A stretch of 64,000 bases of DNA from Terriglobia bacterium (GCA_963727085.1 CAVSER010000006.1:14537-78536), one strand, 5' to 3'; numbered from the stretch's first letter, positions 45,860 through 55,379 are shown. The notes: generated by a model from the letters alone, not told the origin. Program-made: numbers and translations.

Positions 45860-47323
45860 CTACTGCATGAAGCCGCCGGGGTCTTTTCTGGCGGTGCCGC
45901 CTACTGTGAGGCGATCTACTTTTAATGTTGGAATACCGACGCCCACTGGTACGGCCTGACCGTCTTTGCCGCAGGTGCCTACGCCTTCATCCAGCTTCAG
46001 GTCGTTGCCGACCATGCTAACGCGCGTCAGTACGTCGGGGCCGTTGCCGATCAGGGTTGCGCCTTTGATCGGAGCGGTGATCTGGCCGTCTTCGATCATG
46101 TAGGCTTCGCTGGCCGAGAAGACGAACTTTCCGTTGGTAATGTCGACCTGGCCTCCGCCGAAGTTCACGGCGTACACGCCGTGCTTCACCGAGCGGATGA
46201 TGTCTTCGGGATTGTCCTGTCCCGCGAGCATGTAGGTGTTCGTCATGCGCGGCATGGGGATGTGCTCGTAGCTCTCGCGGCGTCCGTTGCCGGTATTGGC
46301 CATTCCCATGAGACGGGCCGAAAGCTTGTCGCTCAGATATCCCTTAAGGATTCCGTTCTCGATTAGCACCGTTTCCTGCGTCGAGTTGCCTTCGTCATCG
46401 ACGTTGAGAGATCCTCGGCGCCAGGGCATGGTGCCGTTGTCGACCACCGTACACTTTTCGCTGGCAACGCGCTTTCCAACCAGTCCGGCGAAGGCGGAAG
46501 TCTTCTTGCGGTTGAAGTCGGCTTCGAGCCCATGTCCAACGGCTTCGTGCAGCAGGACGCCGGGCCATCCGGGGCCTAAGACCACTTCCATATCTCCGGC
46601 AGGCGCTTCGCGGGCGTCGAGTTGCAGGATTGCCTGGCGGGCGGATTCCTTGGCGAAGTATTCGGGATTCTTGTCGCCGAAGAAGAAGTCGAGGGCGACA
46701 CGGCCCCCGCCGCCAGAGGATCCACGAGCCGAGGTGGTTTCGGTCTTGGCGATGCAAGAGACGTTCATGCGCGCCAAAGGCTGCGTGTCTTCGGCGAAAG
46801 TTCCGTCGGATGCGACTACGAGAATATTGCGGAGTTCGTCGCCATAGCTGGCGCGAACTTCTTTGATGCGCGGGTCGAAGGCGCGAGCGGCCTTGTCGGC
46901 GCGCATGACGAGTTCAACTTTGGCGCTGATCTCGGCATCCACGCTGGGCAGGGTCACGGGGTAGAGGCTGCGCGCGGCCGACTTCTGAAATCCGGCAACC
47001 GTGGTTTTCGCGGGGGCGCTGGCGATCAACGCGGCCGTACGAGCGGCGTGAAGAATGCGGCCAGACGAGAGATCGTCCGTGTAGGCGTATCCGGTGCGTT
47101 CGCCGGAGACCACCCGGACTCCGCATCCGGCCGAAATTCCCTGGCTCGCCGACTTGACCATGGACTCGTCGACCATCAGCGAGGTCGAGGAAAGATACTC
47201 AAAATAGAGGTCAGCGTAGTCCCCTCCGGCGGAAAGCGCGGCGGCGAGATAGCGCTCGAGGTCGTGTTCGGTCAGACCGTAGTGTTCGAAGAAAAAGCGG
47301 GATTTATCGGTGATTTTATCCAC
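45860..47323 (-). CDS. tldD: TldD family metalloprotease
   Basis: 487 aa. ...GVRVVSGERTGYAYTDDLS..., metal site LLHEAVGHGLEADF (HExxxH). Confidence 0.9.
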   Translation of the reverse strand: MDKITDKSRFFFEHYGLTEHDLERYLAAALSAGGDYADLYFEYLSSTSLMVDESMVKSASQGISAGCGVRVVSGERTGYAYTDDLSSGRILHAARTAALIASAPAKTTVAGFQKSAARSLYPVTLPSVDAEISAKVELVMRADKAARAFDPRIKEVRASYGDELRNILVVASDGTFAEDTQPLARMNVSCIAKTETTSARGSSGGGGRVALDFFFGDKNPEYFAKESARQAILQLDAREAPAGDMEVVLGPGWPGVLLHEAVGHGLEADFNRKKTSAFAGLVGKRVASEKCTVVDNGTMPWRRGSLNVDDEGNSTQETVLIENGILKGYLSDKLSARLMGMANTGNGRRESYEHIPMPRMTNTYMLAGQDNPEDIIRSVKHGVYAVNFGGGQVDITNGKFVFSASEAYMIEDGQITAPIKGATLIGNGPDVLTRVSMVGNDLKLDEGVGTCGKDGQAVPVGVGIPTLKVDRLTVGGTARKDPGGFMQ

Positions 47324-47522
47324 GTGAATTAGATGCCGGCGGGCCAGGAACGGACTCGCGGGCTCCCCAGAGCTTCATTATCCCACAGTGTTTGCGCGGC
47401 CGAGAGGAGAGACTCAACACGGGAGCACAGGGGCTTTCTAGCCAGGAGTCTTCCACAAGCTAGCCTGGCTCGGATGTTCAGTGGTCACAGACGCGGGCCA
47501 CGCGAGTGTGAACAATGGCGGG

Positions 47523-49106
47523 ATGACTCCTGACACCCTCGCCCGGACTGTCGCTGATTTTCTCGCCGAAGCCGCGGGTGCCGTGGTGCTTGAGGACGGC
47601 GCGGTTGCATTCGATCTGGCGCAGGCAAAGTATTCAATCTCAGGTGAGTACAACAAGTGCCTGTTGCATCTGTGGTCGGCTGAGCGGAATACCGTGCGGC
47701 GGGTGCTCGATGCCGAGGTGAAGAACGGGGTGCTGCGGCTGGCGGTGCAGCGGTTGGGGCAGTCGCGTCCGACAAAGCTTGAGATTTGCCGGGAGAAAGA
47801 TCGTCGGTCCCCATCTGCCAAGCGCGCGGCCCGGGCAGCGTATGAGCCCAAGCTGCGCCGGGCGCTCGAGCGACACTTTCCAGGATTCACGATTACACGC
47901 CTGAGTTCGAGCGTGGACCTGGAGAAATCGTTTGGCCCGATTTATACGCGAGGCCTGCTGCAGCGGGGACAGAGTGCGTTTGCCGTGCTTGGAGTGAATG
48001 CCTCAGAGACGCAGGGTGCGATCGATGCGGCGCTAACGTTTGGAATCCTGTGGATGGACGTATGCCGAGAATCTGCGGGCAGCAAGGCACTTGTCGAAGG
48101 GCTCATCCTGCTCGTACCGAAAGGATGTTCGGCACTGGTCCGGGAGCGGATAGCGAATCTGAACCGGGCTGCAGCCAAGTGGCGGCTATTCGAGTTCGAC
48201 GAGCGGCACGACGCGGTACTCGAGATCGACTGCACGGATCGGGGGAATATCGCGACAAGGCTGGTGCATGCGACGAATGAAAGCGCGGCGCTCGAGCGTT
48301 TTGCGGATTCGATCACGAAGATCAAAACCATTCTCCCGAATTGCGAAGTAACCGTGCTGTCCCCGGCGGAGATATCGTTCCGCTGGCGCGGGCTGGAGTT
48401 CACCCGGGCGAGGCTGGGAGCCGAGGCGGTGACGTTCCGCAGCAAGCAGGAACTAGTGTTCGGCGTCGGATCGGAAGAGCGCGTATTAGAAGATCGCAAT
48501 TGGGCGGACTTCGTTCGATTATTGACAGCGCTGCGTGATGCGCGACATCCGTACGGGCCGCGGCATGACCGTTTGTTTCGGATGTATCCGGAGCGATGGC
48601 TCGAGTCGCTGGTCGTGGGGGACGTCAGCGTGATCGACGAACGGCTGGAGCCGGAGTCGGTGTATTCGCAGGTGCCTGCGTTTTCGGCGGCGAACCGGGC
48701 GATGATTGACGTATTGACTCTCACGCGCGGAGGACGGCTGGCAGTGGTGGAGCTGAAAGCGGATGAGGATATTCATTTGCCGCTGCAGGGGGTCGACTAC
48801 TGGGCGCGCGTGCAGTGGCACCATTCGCGGCACGAGTTCTTGAAGTTTGGATATTTTGGCGGGCGGGAGATGTCGGAAGAGGCTCCGCTGCTGTTTTTCG
48901 TGGCGCCGGCGCTGCGTGTGCATCCGACTACAGACACGATCCTGCGTTACGTCTCACCGGAGATTGAATGGATCTTTCTTGGGATTGATGAGCGGTGGAG
49001 AGAGCACGTGCGGGTAGTCTTCCGGAAGCGGTCGGGAGTTCGTATTCACCACGGAGAGACGGAGTCACGGATAACTTCAGAAATGGAGATTGCGCGACCG
49101 GCGTAG
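47523..49106 (+). CDS. Hypothetical protein with C-terminal PD-(D/E)xK nuclease-like domain
   Basis: ATG 47523 (MTPDTLARTV...). About 400 aa of unrecognised N-terminal sequence, then NRAMIDVLTLTRGGRLAVVELKADEDIHLPLQGVDYWARV (D...ExK...QxxxY pattern of NucS/RecB-like nucleases). Confidence 0.6.
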   Translation: MTPDTLARTVADFLAEAAGAVVLEDGAVAFDLAQAKYSISGEYNKCLLHLWSAERNTVRRVLDAEVKNGVLRLAVQRLGQSRPTKLEICREKDRRSPSAKRAARAAYEPKLRRALERHFPGFTITRLSSSVDLEKSFGPIYTRGLLQRGQSAFAVLGVNASETQGAIDAALTFGILWMDVCRESAGSKALVEGLILLVPKGCSALVRERIANLNRAAAKWRLFEFDERHDAVLEIDCTDRGNIATRLVHATNESAALERFADSITKIKTILPNCEVTVLSPAEISFRWRGLEFTRARLGAEAVTFRSKQELVFGVGSEERVLEDRNWADFVRLLTALRDARHPYGPRHDRLFRMYPERWLESLVVGDVSVIDERLEPESVYSQVPAFSAANRAMIDVLTLTRGGRLAVVELKADEDIHLPLQGVDYWARVQWHHSRHEFLKFGYFGGREMSEEAPLLFFVAPALRVHPTTDTILRYVSPEIEWIFLGIDERWREHVRVVFRKRSGVRIHHGETESRITSEMEIARPA

Positions 49107-49243
49107 GCTTTGCGCACGGATCCGAGGTCATTCCGGCTCTGAATTCGAAATCTCCACCACTTGACAGATTGAGCCCAGGCCCCTGTCGTGAAAAATACCC
49201 GATAAGAGTGAGCATTCGTCGGGGCAGGAATCCTTCGACTGCG

Positions 49244-49284
49244 CTGTGACTTCGCTGCGTCACAGCTTCGCTCAGGATGACAAG
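49244..49284 (+). repeat. REP-like element, family A (short variant)
   Basis: CTGTGACttcgctgcGTCACAGcttcgCTCAGGATGACAag. Confidence 0.6.
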
Positions 49285-49298
49285 AGTTGAGTTGAATT

Positions 49299-49784
49299 TT
49301 AGCTCTTCCAGTCTTTCAGTAAGCGCCGCACGTCCACGATCTGGGCAACGTGGTAGGCATTGTGATCGGCTACCAACAAGGCTTCGCGCAGGATGGTTTG
49401 GCCGTCGCCTCCCGGAATCTTCGCGAACAAATCTGTACTGGGATCTTTCGCCAGATCAGACATCATCTTTGAGTCGCGCCTTACCTGTTCAACGCTCTCG
49501 TTCCATGCTTCGGCGCTGGGTGGCTCGGTCGTCTTCGGCCAATATCCTTCGGGCCACTTCGGTGATTTGTGCTTTGCGTTGCGGCTGAACTCGAGGATGT
49601 CCCATTGGGCGATGCGGATATGCTCAACCAGCATCCACGGAGAGTGCGGAAAGTTCTCGGGCTTGGCGCCGCGCAGCTTTGGCGGCAGGTCCTTGATGGC
49701 GTCGTCGAACGTGGTGTGCGCGTGGCCGCCTTTCAGCAGCTCGAGGATATGTTCGCGTAGGGCGTGGTGAGGGTCTTGCGGCAT
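49299..49784 (-). CDS. DinB/YfiT-like family protein
   Basis: 161 aa. ...PHSPWMLVEHIRIAQWDILEF...LLVADHNAYHVAQIVDVRRLL (His triad pattern of the DinB fold). Confidence 0.7.
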   Translation of the reverse strand: MPQDPHHALREHILELLKGGHAHTTFDDAIKDLPPKLRGAKPENFPHSPWMLVEHIRIAQWDILEFSRNAKHKSPKWPEGYWPKTTEPPSAEAWNESVEQVRRDSKMMSDLAKDPSTDLFAKIPGGDGQTILREALLVADHNAYHVAQIVDVRRLLKDWKS

Positions 49785-49862
49785 GGGTCCTCCGGGACTC
49801 TGGTGCCCTCCTTAGATGGCGGAGAGCCGACGTAGGATGCGGTTGGATTCTTGAAAGGAAAA

Positions 49863-49926
49863 CAGGGTCTAAAGCCCTCGAGTATTAGCGTACGGTTTAC
49901 GCGGCGCTGAAGCGCCGCTCTTCCAC
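49863..49926 (+). repeat. REP-like element, family B
   Basis: cagggtctaaagccctcg (49863..49880) plus gcggcgctgaagcgccgctcttccac (49901..49926). Confidence 0.7.
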
Positions 49927-50018
49927 GGGTGTCTCCGTGCGTTCGTGGCGGGATTGGCCGGGACGCGCCCGGCGGACAGCCGAGCCGGCTGTCCCTACAT
50001 GCGATTCGCAATCGCCCG

Positions 50019-51656
50019 CTATTGATGCCGGGCTGCAGACGCACTGGCTGCTGGAGCCGCTTCTTCCGTCGAGTTGCCGATGGCGTCGCCGGAGAGGACG
50101 AGTTCTACCCGGCGGTTCTGCTGGCGGCCTTCCGGAGTGTCATTGGTTGCGATCGGTTCGGTCTTGCCGAACCCGTGGGCTTCGATTGAGTTTGACGAGA
50201 TTCCCTGCTGAACGAAGTAATCGCGGACCGCGCTCGCACGCTGTTCGGAGAGATTCTGGTTATAGTCGTCGCTGCCGATGCTGTCGGTGTGTCCTTCCAC
50301 CGCGAGGTGCAGGCTGGGGTACGCCAGGATGATTCCGGATACCTTTGCCAGCCGCTCGCGCGCGCCCGGTAGAAGCTCGAAGCTGCCGCTGCGGAACAGA
50401 ACGTCAGACATATTCGCAATGAGTCCGCGGGCGGAATCGCGCGTAGCCAGGATCGAATTGAGTTGCTGCAAAAGGCGGGCGCGGAGCTCGGATTTTTCCT
50501 TCTCGGCCTGCTGGCGCATAAATTCGGATTGCGCTGCGGCGGCTCTGGCCTTGTCGGTCTCAGCCGCGAGGGCTTGCTGTTGAGCGACCGCTTCGGCCTT
50601 GGCTTTCTCTGCTTCTTCTCTCTGTCGCGCGGCTTCCTGTGCGGCGGCCTGCGCTTCTGCTTTCGCTTTCTCCGCTTCGGCTTTGGCTTGTTCGGCTTGT
50701 GCACGATCTTGTTCAGCCTGCATCCGGGCCTGTTCTGCCTGTTGGCGGGCGGCGTCGGCGTCGGCACGGCGCTTGGATTCCAGTTCAGCATCGGCGCGGG
50801 CTTTGGCTTCGCGGGCCGCGGCTGCTGATTGGGCTTCCGCTTCGGCTTTTTGCTTTACAGCCATGACGCGCGCTTCCTCGGCGGTCTCGGTCGCTTCTTT
50901 CGCGGCGGCCTCTACGACCTCCTTCTTTGCTTTCTGGCGATAGAGTTCTTCGGCGTGCATCTGCTGCTGTCCGGCCTGGGAAAGGATCGCGCCGGCGTAT
51001 TTGTCGGCTTCCGCAATATGCGCGATGCGCAAAGCATTACGCGCCTCAAACAGTTCCAGCGGGGTCTTACGATCGATGCCGAAGATTGCGTCCTCGATGT
51101 GGGCGTTCGTCGAAGAGTACGTGCCACGCGCGACAAGTTCGTACCTGGCATCAATATTCTCGGTGGCCGCGCCGCTGATGGACGCGCTCTCGATCACGAC
51201 CATGTTTCCCGGCTGGCTGACCGCGAAGTACGGCTCGGCGGTGACGATCATGCCGAAGCTCTGCAGGTCGGTGTAGGCCTTCACGTGCCCGCTGCCATTC
51301 TTGTCGAGGGTGACTTCGCCCAGATTTACCGGACGTCCTTGCGGCGAGACGGCCCACATGACGTAGGTCAGGTACTCCAGGCCGAACTTGGTCGCGTCTT
51401 CAAGGCCCTCGAACTTGGCTTCGATTTCGAAATTAGTCTTCTTGCCTTCAATCTTGGCTTCGCCGGCGCCGCGCTGCATCAGGTCCGTACCGCGGAAATC
51501 GACCTTCACCGATCCGCCCTGCAGGCGGTAGTGCATGGCCTTGGTGGTCCGGGAGACTGTGGTGGACGTCGACGAAAGAGTCGAGGTGGACGGCTGCGAC
51601 TGGGCCGACGCAAGGGCAGCAGCGAACAGAAGTATGGCAAGGAACAGATGTTTCAC
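50019..51656 (-). CDS. OmpA-family peptidoglycan-associated protein with long Ala/Glu/Lys coiled-coil
   Basis: Signal peptide MKHLFLAILLFAAALASAQ. A central region of about 150 aa is rich in AEAEAQ/KAEAEKAKAEA repeats. C-terminal OmpA_C: LAVEGHTDSIGSDDYNQNLSEQRASAVRDYF...GFGKTEPIA...NRRVELV. Confidence 0.85.
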   Translation of the reverse strand: MKHLFLAILLFAAALASAQSQPSTSTLSSTSTTVSRTTKAMHYRLQGGSVKVDFRGTDLMQRGAGEAKIEGKKTNFEIEAKFEGLEDATKFGLEYLTYVMWAVSPQGRPVNLGEVTLDKNGSGHVKAYTDLQSFGMIVTAEPYFAVSQPGNMVVIESASISGAATENIDARYELVARGTYSSTNAHIEDAIFGIDRKTPLELFEARNALRIAHIAEADKYAGAILSQAGQQQMHAEELYRQKAKKEVVEAAAKEATETAEEARVMAVKQKAEAEAQSAAAAREAKARADAELESKRRADADAARQQAEQARMQAEQDRAQAEQAKAEAEKAKAEAQAAAQEAARQREEAEKAKAEAVAQQQALAAETDKARAAAAQSEFMRQQAEKEKSELRARLLQQLNSILATRDSARGLIANMSDVLFRSGSFELLPGARERLAKVSGIILAYPSLHLAVEGHTDSIGSDDYNQNLSEQRASAVRDYFVQQGISSNSIEAHGFGKTEPIATNDTPEGRQQNRRVELVLSGDAIGNSTEEAAPAASASAARHQ

Positions 51657-51827
51657 GAGAGTTCTCGATCTGGGGGAGATGAGAATTAGCTAATCTTCTT
51701 AATATCTTCGTGGATGCGGGAAGGAATGGAAAATGCGGGAAGGGTTGGGACTTTCGTAACTGCGCGGTCCGTTTCGCGGGGACGATGGGAAGTCTTGGCG
51801 CAAAGGCCTTAGGCTGGCAACAACCGT

Positions 51828-52895
51828 TTACCGAAGGGTTGCGATGACTCCTTTTGCTCCCACGATGAGTGCTCCGCCGTCAGGTAACGGGCTGATTGCA
51901 TGGAACGCGCCAGCAGCCTTCTTCCCGGGTTGAAGCCGTCGGCCCCTCGCGGATGATTGAGCATTAAGAACAAAGTCCTGACCGACCACGAATATTCGTT
52001 CTCCCAGGGATGTTTTCTGCTTTGGTGCCTTGCTTGCTCCGTACGCTACGGCCGAGAAGTACGCCTGCTGACGGATCGTCGCTAACTGCCAGGTCTTGCC
52101 GCCATCGTGGGTCAAGGCGAGATTGGGGCCGTCAGCGTTGGATTTTTTGTAATCGCCTCCGGCGATCACACCGTCGTTATCATTCCTGAACGCCATCGAG
52201 AAGATTCCTGCCGACGCCGGTCCATGCACAATTGGAGTTTGGGCGACGTTCCAGTGCTCCCCGCCGTCGGGCGAGTGAAAGACGCGCGCGACGTTTCCTC
52301 CAGTAGCAAACCAGATATGGTGTGGATACGCTGGCGGCAAAAGTGCGATGCAGGTGTTGCTCGCGGCGAAGGCGCCCTCTCCCTCGAGAGCTTCCGGCAA
52401 TCCGGCGCCTGGAATTGGACGCCAATTCTTGCCATCCTCAGTTTCGAGCAGTTCGAATTTCAGCTTGCCGGCTTCGTCCGGGATGGGATCGCCGAGGACG
52501 ATCCCATGCTTTGGATCCCAAAAGGCCATGGAATCAAAGAACGCCTTCGGATTCGTGTTCGTGAACTGCAGCACCCAGTGCTGCCCACCATCGGATGTGT
52601 GGTAAATGCGGGACTGGTCTGCGGGGCCGGCCGACATGAGGAAGGCTTCGTCTGCGGAGAAGGCTACGACCGCCCGAAAGTCGAGACTTGCCGCATCGGG
52701 AACTTGCGCCGGAGTCCAGGTCCGTCCGCCGTCCAGTGTGCGGAGGTAGGTCCCATGCGTCCCGCTCGCCCATGCCACCAGATGCGACACCGCGCTCACG
52801 CCACGAAGACTCTCGCTGGTACGAGAATTCTGAAGGACTAAGTGAGACTGAGCCGAGGCAGCAGCCGCGAAGACGAGAACCAATAAGAAGCGCAT
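51828..52895 (-). CDS. BNR/Asp-box repeat beta-propeller protein (Ycf48-like)
   Basis: Signal peptide. Repeated S/T-x-D-G-G-x-x-W boxes: LDGGRTW, SDGGQHW, EDGKNW, PDGGEHW, HDGGKTW. Confidence 0.75.
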   Translation of the reverse strand: MRFLLVLVFAAAASAQSHLVLQNSRTSESLRGVSAVSHLVAWASGTHGTYLRTLDGGRTWTPAQVPDAASLDFRAVVAFSADEAFLMSAGPADQSRIYHTSDGGQHWVLQFTNTNPKAFFDSMAFWDPKHGIVLGDPIPDEAGKLKFELLETEDGKNWRPIPGAGLPEALEGEGAFAASNTCIALLPPAYPHHIWFATGGNVARVFHSPDGGEHWNVAQTPIVHGPASAGIFSMAFRNDNDGVIAGGDYKKSNADGPNLALTHDGGKTWQLATIRQQAYFSAVAYGASKAPKQKTSLGERIFVVGQDFVLNAQSSARGRRLQPGKKAAGAFHAISPLPDGGALIVGAKGVIATLR

Positions 52896-52968
52896 GCCGG
52901 CAATTCTCGCATCTTGGGAGGTTTCTGATCGCTAGTCAAACTCACGGGCCGTTCGCCAGAATCGCCGA

Positions 52969-53469
52969 CTATTTCGCGGTGAAATCCGCAAACGACGCCG
53001 TCTTTCCGATATAGACCCGCAGTGTGCACCGCGATCCTACGTGCGCGAACGCTACTTCGAGCGTGTCGGTGGCCTGTTCGACCTGCGCGGATTCGGTCTG
53101 AGCGCGAGCGACATCCTGATTCTGGTCATAGGCGGCGCCGGGAGTCACGTTTTTGTTCACCGCGATCGTCCAGTTACCGCGAGCCGGAATGGGATAGAGC
53201 GTGTACGCGCCGATCGGAATGATCGAACTTCCCAAACTGAGTGGGGCTTCGGTAAACAGTGTCATGGGTGTGCCGCCGGGAGCCCAAGGCTTTCCGTTCT
53301 GCAGCTTCTCTTTACTGGAGGCCACGGGGACGTAGCGGACATAGACTTGCCGGCCGTCATCGAGATTGCAGGTGGTGGTGGAAGTCGTGGGCCCGTTTGA
53401 TTGCGCGGATAACCAGGGAGTCAACAATAACGTTATGAGTACAGCTCTCCAGACGATTGTGGCGGACAT
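52969..53469 (-). CDS. Secreted protein, DUF2911-like (tentative)
   Basis: ATG 53469 gives the signal peptide MSATIVWRAVLITLLLTPWLSAQS. ...GKPWAPGGTPMTLFTEAPLSLGSSIIPIGAYTLYPIP... resembles DUF2911. Confidence 0.45.
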   Translation of the reverse strand: MSATIVWRAVLITLLLTPWLSAQSNGPTTSTTTCNLDDGRQVYVRYVPVASSKEKLQNGKPWAPGGTPMTLFTEAPLSLGSSIIPIGAYTLYPIPARGNWTIAVNKNVTPGAAYDQNQDVARAQTESAQVEQATDTLEVAFAHVGSRCTLRVYIGKTASFADFTAK

Positions 53470-53829
53470 TGGAAAGCCTCCGCGCAGAAGTGTAGCGCCG
53501 GAGGCCCTTTCAGGGGAAGGCTTTTCAGTTTCGCTTGCAAAAGCGCGGGTTGATGGTGCAAGTCGAGTTGGCCACGCCGATTCAGTATTCGACCCCAAAG
53601 GTCAGTGCGACAATGGCTCTTGCCAACGGGTGTTGGAACCGCGCTCGAACTCCGACTAGGGGGGAACTGCGTGTCTTCTCTTGGATGTTTCAGTGGTACA
53701 CTACCCAAACTGGCTTCTGAAGTGAAACCGTCTTACTCCCACAAGCAGCGGCTCTCTCCTCTCCCGCGCTTCTCGAAGCCCAGGAAATGTTCCGGACAGG
53801 AACTCCTGCTTATCATCGGAGATCCCCTC

Positions 53830-55089
53830 ATGAAAACAAAAGATAAACCGAAAATTCTGAGCGTCCTGGCGCTCCTGGCATTTCTTTGCGTCGCACTCTG
53901 CGCACAGGCTGGCAGCAAATACACCATTGTCCGCACGTTCAATGCGAGCGCAGGCGGCGTTCTTCCCGCGGGCGCTTTGCTCATGGACAGCGCGGGAAAT
54001 CTTTATGGAGCTGACACCCAGGGCGGATCGACCAACGGGGGAACCATTTTTGAGCTGATCCCGAATGGGCAGGGTGGATTCACCTATAAGGATCTGTACG
54101 AGTGCAACAATGCCTTCGACTGCACTCTGCCTGTAGGTTCGCTCGTGATGGACGCGGCGGGCAATCTCTACGGATCGAGCTTGTTCGGACACGTGTTCGA
54201 AATATCCAAGACGAGTTCGGGCACATGGACGGCTAGCGTCATTCACGATTTCGGTGACCAGGTCGCGCCACCAAGTTCTCTTGTTCTGGATGCAGCAGGG
54301 AATCTCTACGGGATCAATCCAACCGGGGGAACCAACAACCTGGGGTATGTATTTGAGCTGTCGCCGTCGCAGAGTGGCTGGTCCCTGACCCATCTGCACG
54401 ACTTTCGCGGAGATGATGGGGCCGCCACCACGGGAAATACTGAGAATCAAGTTGGCGGCCTGATCGTGGATAGCACGGGCAATCTCTATGGTGCGACTGT
54501 GGCCGGTGGCGCAAGCAAGAATTGCAGCGGTGGTTGCGGTGTCGTGTTTGAACTAACAAACAACTCGGGCGCTTGGACCGAGACCGTGCTGCACAGCTTT
54601 TCCGGAAAAGACGGCGCGAATCCGATCGCACCGCTCATGATGGACGCGAGTGGAGACCTTTACGGCACCGCGTCGAATGGCGGAGCGAAGGGTTTCGGCT
54701 CCGTGTTCAAAGCTTCTCGTGCTTCGGGAGCATGGCAGACTCGGGTTCTTCACAGTTTCACTGGGGCTCATCTCGATGGCGAGTTTCCTGACAGCGCATT
54801 GGTGATGGATCCGAGCGGTAACATTTACGGGACAACGGAGGCTGGTGGAGGCGATCTGAAGAGCTGCCAGGTGTGGAACGATAACGGCTGTGGCATGGTT
54901 TTCGAGCTCTCGCCGAACGGCGCGCAGTGGAGAGAATCGATTCTGAAAGCATTCAGCGGTGGCACGGATGGAGCATTTCCGCAAGGTGTCGTGCTGGATG
55001 GCAACGGGAATCTCTTCGGAGTTGCCCAGGCTGGAGGGCGTCTCTTTGAAGGCCTGGTGTTCGAGATATCGCCTGCTGTGGCGCCATAG
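53830..55089 (+). CDS. Choice-of-anchor tandem-repeat (GloVer-type) secreted protein
   Basis: ATG 53830 gives the signal MKTKDKPKILSVLALLAFLCVALCAQA. About 8 repeats of ..D(S/A)AGNLYG.T..GG...G(T/V)(I/V)FEL. Confidence 0.65.
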   Translation: MKTKDKPKILSVLALLAFLCVALCAQAGSKYTIVRTFNASAGGVLPAGALLMDSAGNLYGADTQGGSTNGGTIFELIPNGQGGFTYKDLYECNNAFDCTLPVGSLVMDAAGNLYGSSLFGHVFEISKTSSGTWTASVIHDFGDQVAPPSSLVLDAAGNLYGINPTGGTNNLGYVFELSPSQSGWSLTHLHDFRGDDGAATTGNTENQVGGLIVDSTGNLYGATVAGGASKNCSGGCGVVFELTNNSGAWTETVLHSFSGKDGANPIAPLMMDASGDLYGTASNGGAKGFGSVFKASRASGAWQTRVLHSFTGAHLDGEFPDSALVMDPSGNIYGTTEAGGGDLKSCQVWNDNGCGMVFELSPNGAQWRESILKAFSGGTDGAFPQGVVLDGNGNLFGVAQAGGRLFEGLVFEISPAVAP

Positions 55090-55120
55090 CGGTTGATCGA
55101 AAATCGACCTGAATTCAATC

Positions 55121-55151
55121 AACGCCTGCATTCCTGATGCAGGCGTTTTTC
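55121..55151 (+). terminator. Rho-independent terminator
   Basis: 11-bp perfect stem aacgcctgcat / atgcaggcgtt, loop tcctg, then ttttt. It begins about 32 nt after the stop at 55089. Confidence 0.85.
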
Positions 55152-55379
55152 TATTCTGCCGTTTGCGTGTACTCGCCGACCGGATCCTTCCATTTTAGTT
55201 TTACAACGTGTTGACAATGTATCGATCGGACTGGAAGTACGATCCTCCCAGACCCTCTTGAGCGCAATTGCGATAAGCAAGACGGCCCCGCACATCAGCA
55301 TTGCGTTCTCAGCTTGGGTACGACGATTTTCTTAGCAACGACCCTCTCGAATCCGGCAAGAACCTGAAGGAGGCTGTAT

